Positions 62,931 to 64,000 of a DNA stretch of 64,000 bases are shown piece after piece. Numbering within the stretch: position 1 is the stretch's first letter; the number at the start of each line of letters is the position of its first letter. The position numbers were made by a program, and so were the translations under genes. Below the pieces are notes generated by a model. It saw only the letters and a list, made by a program, of their open reading frames with translations, did no database searches and was not told where the DNA came from. Source of the DNA: Octopus sinensis (lineage: Eukaryota); NCBI RefSeq assembly GCF_006345805.1, contig NC_043006.1:79360001-79424000 (forward strand), read 5' to 3'.

Positions 62931-63149
62931 CCCTTTAGCGTTCAGATTATTCTATCAAACATAATGCTTCTTGATTCCCATTGATTTGAATTAATCATGC
63001 ATTATCTCATATCTTCAAGATCTTGATGGTGTAATTATTTAATGTAGAATAACATTGTAGGGTAGGTGTGAGAGCCTGGATCTGGTCAGTTTGAACATAA
63101 AACAGATTAGCTATTTTGGCCGGATATGGCCGGTTTAAATACTAAAGGG
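62931..63149. mobile_element. piggyBac-type MITE
   Basis: TTAA TSD at 62927-62930 and 63150-63153; CCCTTTAG / CTAAAGGG; reverse orientation relative to 52354-52574. Confidence 0.9.
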
Positions 63150-63717
63150 TTAAAGTTGTATAACATAGGCAGAGGCACATACAATTCCGGGTTCAGTCCC
63201 ACTGTGTGGCACTTTGGGCGAGTGTCTTGACCAAAGACTTGTGAATTGATTTGTTAGATGGAAAACTGAAGAAAGCCAGTTATATACACGTGTGGGGGGA
63301 GAGTCTCCCTCTCTTTCTCTCTCTCTTGACATCACAGTTGGTTGTGAACAAGCATTACCGTCATGCAAGAGGTGTCAATTTCCTCAATCTTTCATGAAAA
63401 TAAGTGTGTTTGTGTGTGTATGCATGTGTTTGTGTGTGTACGCATGTGTGTGTGTGTGTGTGCATGTGTGTGTGTGTATTTATCATTCTTAAGCAAGAAT
63501 GTTGTTGACAGTGACTTTAAAATTTCAGCCAGTTGACAATAGCTTAACAGTCCAAAACTTGGAAGTCACAGTCAACAACATTCTTGCATTAGAATAATCA
63601 AACTAGTATGCTACAAAGTATAGAGAAATCCATCAGATTCATATAAAATTGTTTTTATTATAGCTGAACATAAAAACAAAAATTAACATTATATATAACA
63701 TTACATAAATATATGTG

Positions 63718-63777
<60 letters not shown>

Positions 63778-63781
<4 letters not shown>

Positions 63782-64000
63782 TGTGTGGTAAGTAGCTTGC
63801 TTACCAACTACATGGTTCCAGGTTCAGTCCCACTGCGTGGCACCTTGAGCAAGTGTCTTCTACTTTAGCCTCGGGCCGACCAAAGCCTTGTGAGTGGATT
63901 TGGTAGACGGAAACTGAAAGAAGCCCGTCGTATGTGCGTGTGTGCATATATTTTTGTGTTTGTACCCCACCATGACTTGACAACTGATGTATGCATGTTT
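63778..64000 (+). mobile_element. SINE family A (runs off the window end)
   Basis: Head and body match the reference copy. Confidence 0.88.

Overview
Repeat-saturated, AT-rich eukaryotic DNA, almost certainly intronic or intergenic. The SINE and microsatellite content is most consistent with an octopus (coleoid cephalopod) genome; this is an inference from repeat recognition, not a database result. I find no supportable host protein-coding exon, tRNA or rRNA gene, and nearly all listed ORFs are translations of microsatellites, tandem repeats or SINEs. Supported content: (1) dozens of tRNA-derived SINEs in several modular families, called A-H here, several with clear target-site duplications (TSDs); (2) 3' ends of RTE, CR1-like and R4/Dong-type LINEs, the last abutting (AAT)n tracts; (3) DNA-transposon relics: deleted mariners, hAT, piggyBac and Merlin-like MITEs, and a Helentron-like element; (4) a 20-bp satellite of about 1.65 kb and a 17-bp minisatellite inside a SINE; (5) several long inverted repeats. 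The most notable signal is a set of non-coding fold-back insertions with Penelope-like architecture. Two of them carry candidate type I hammerhead ribozyme cores on the minus strand (38053-38097 and 47207-47293), each with a non-Watson-Crick pair at the base of stem II. Boundaries of degenerate elements are approximate (about +/-20 bp); TIR and TSD coordinates were read directly.
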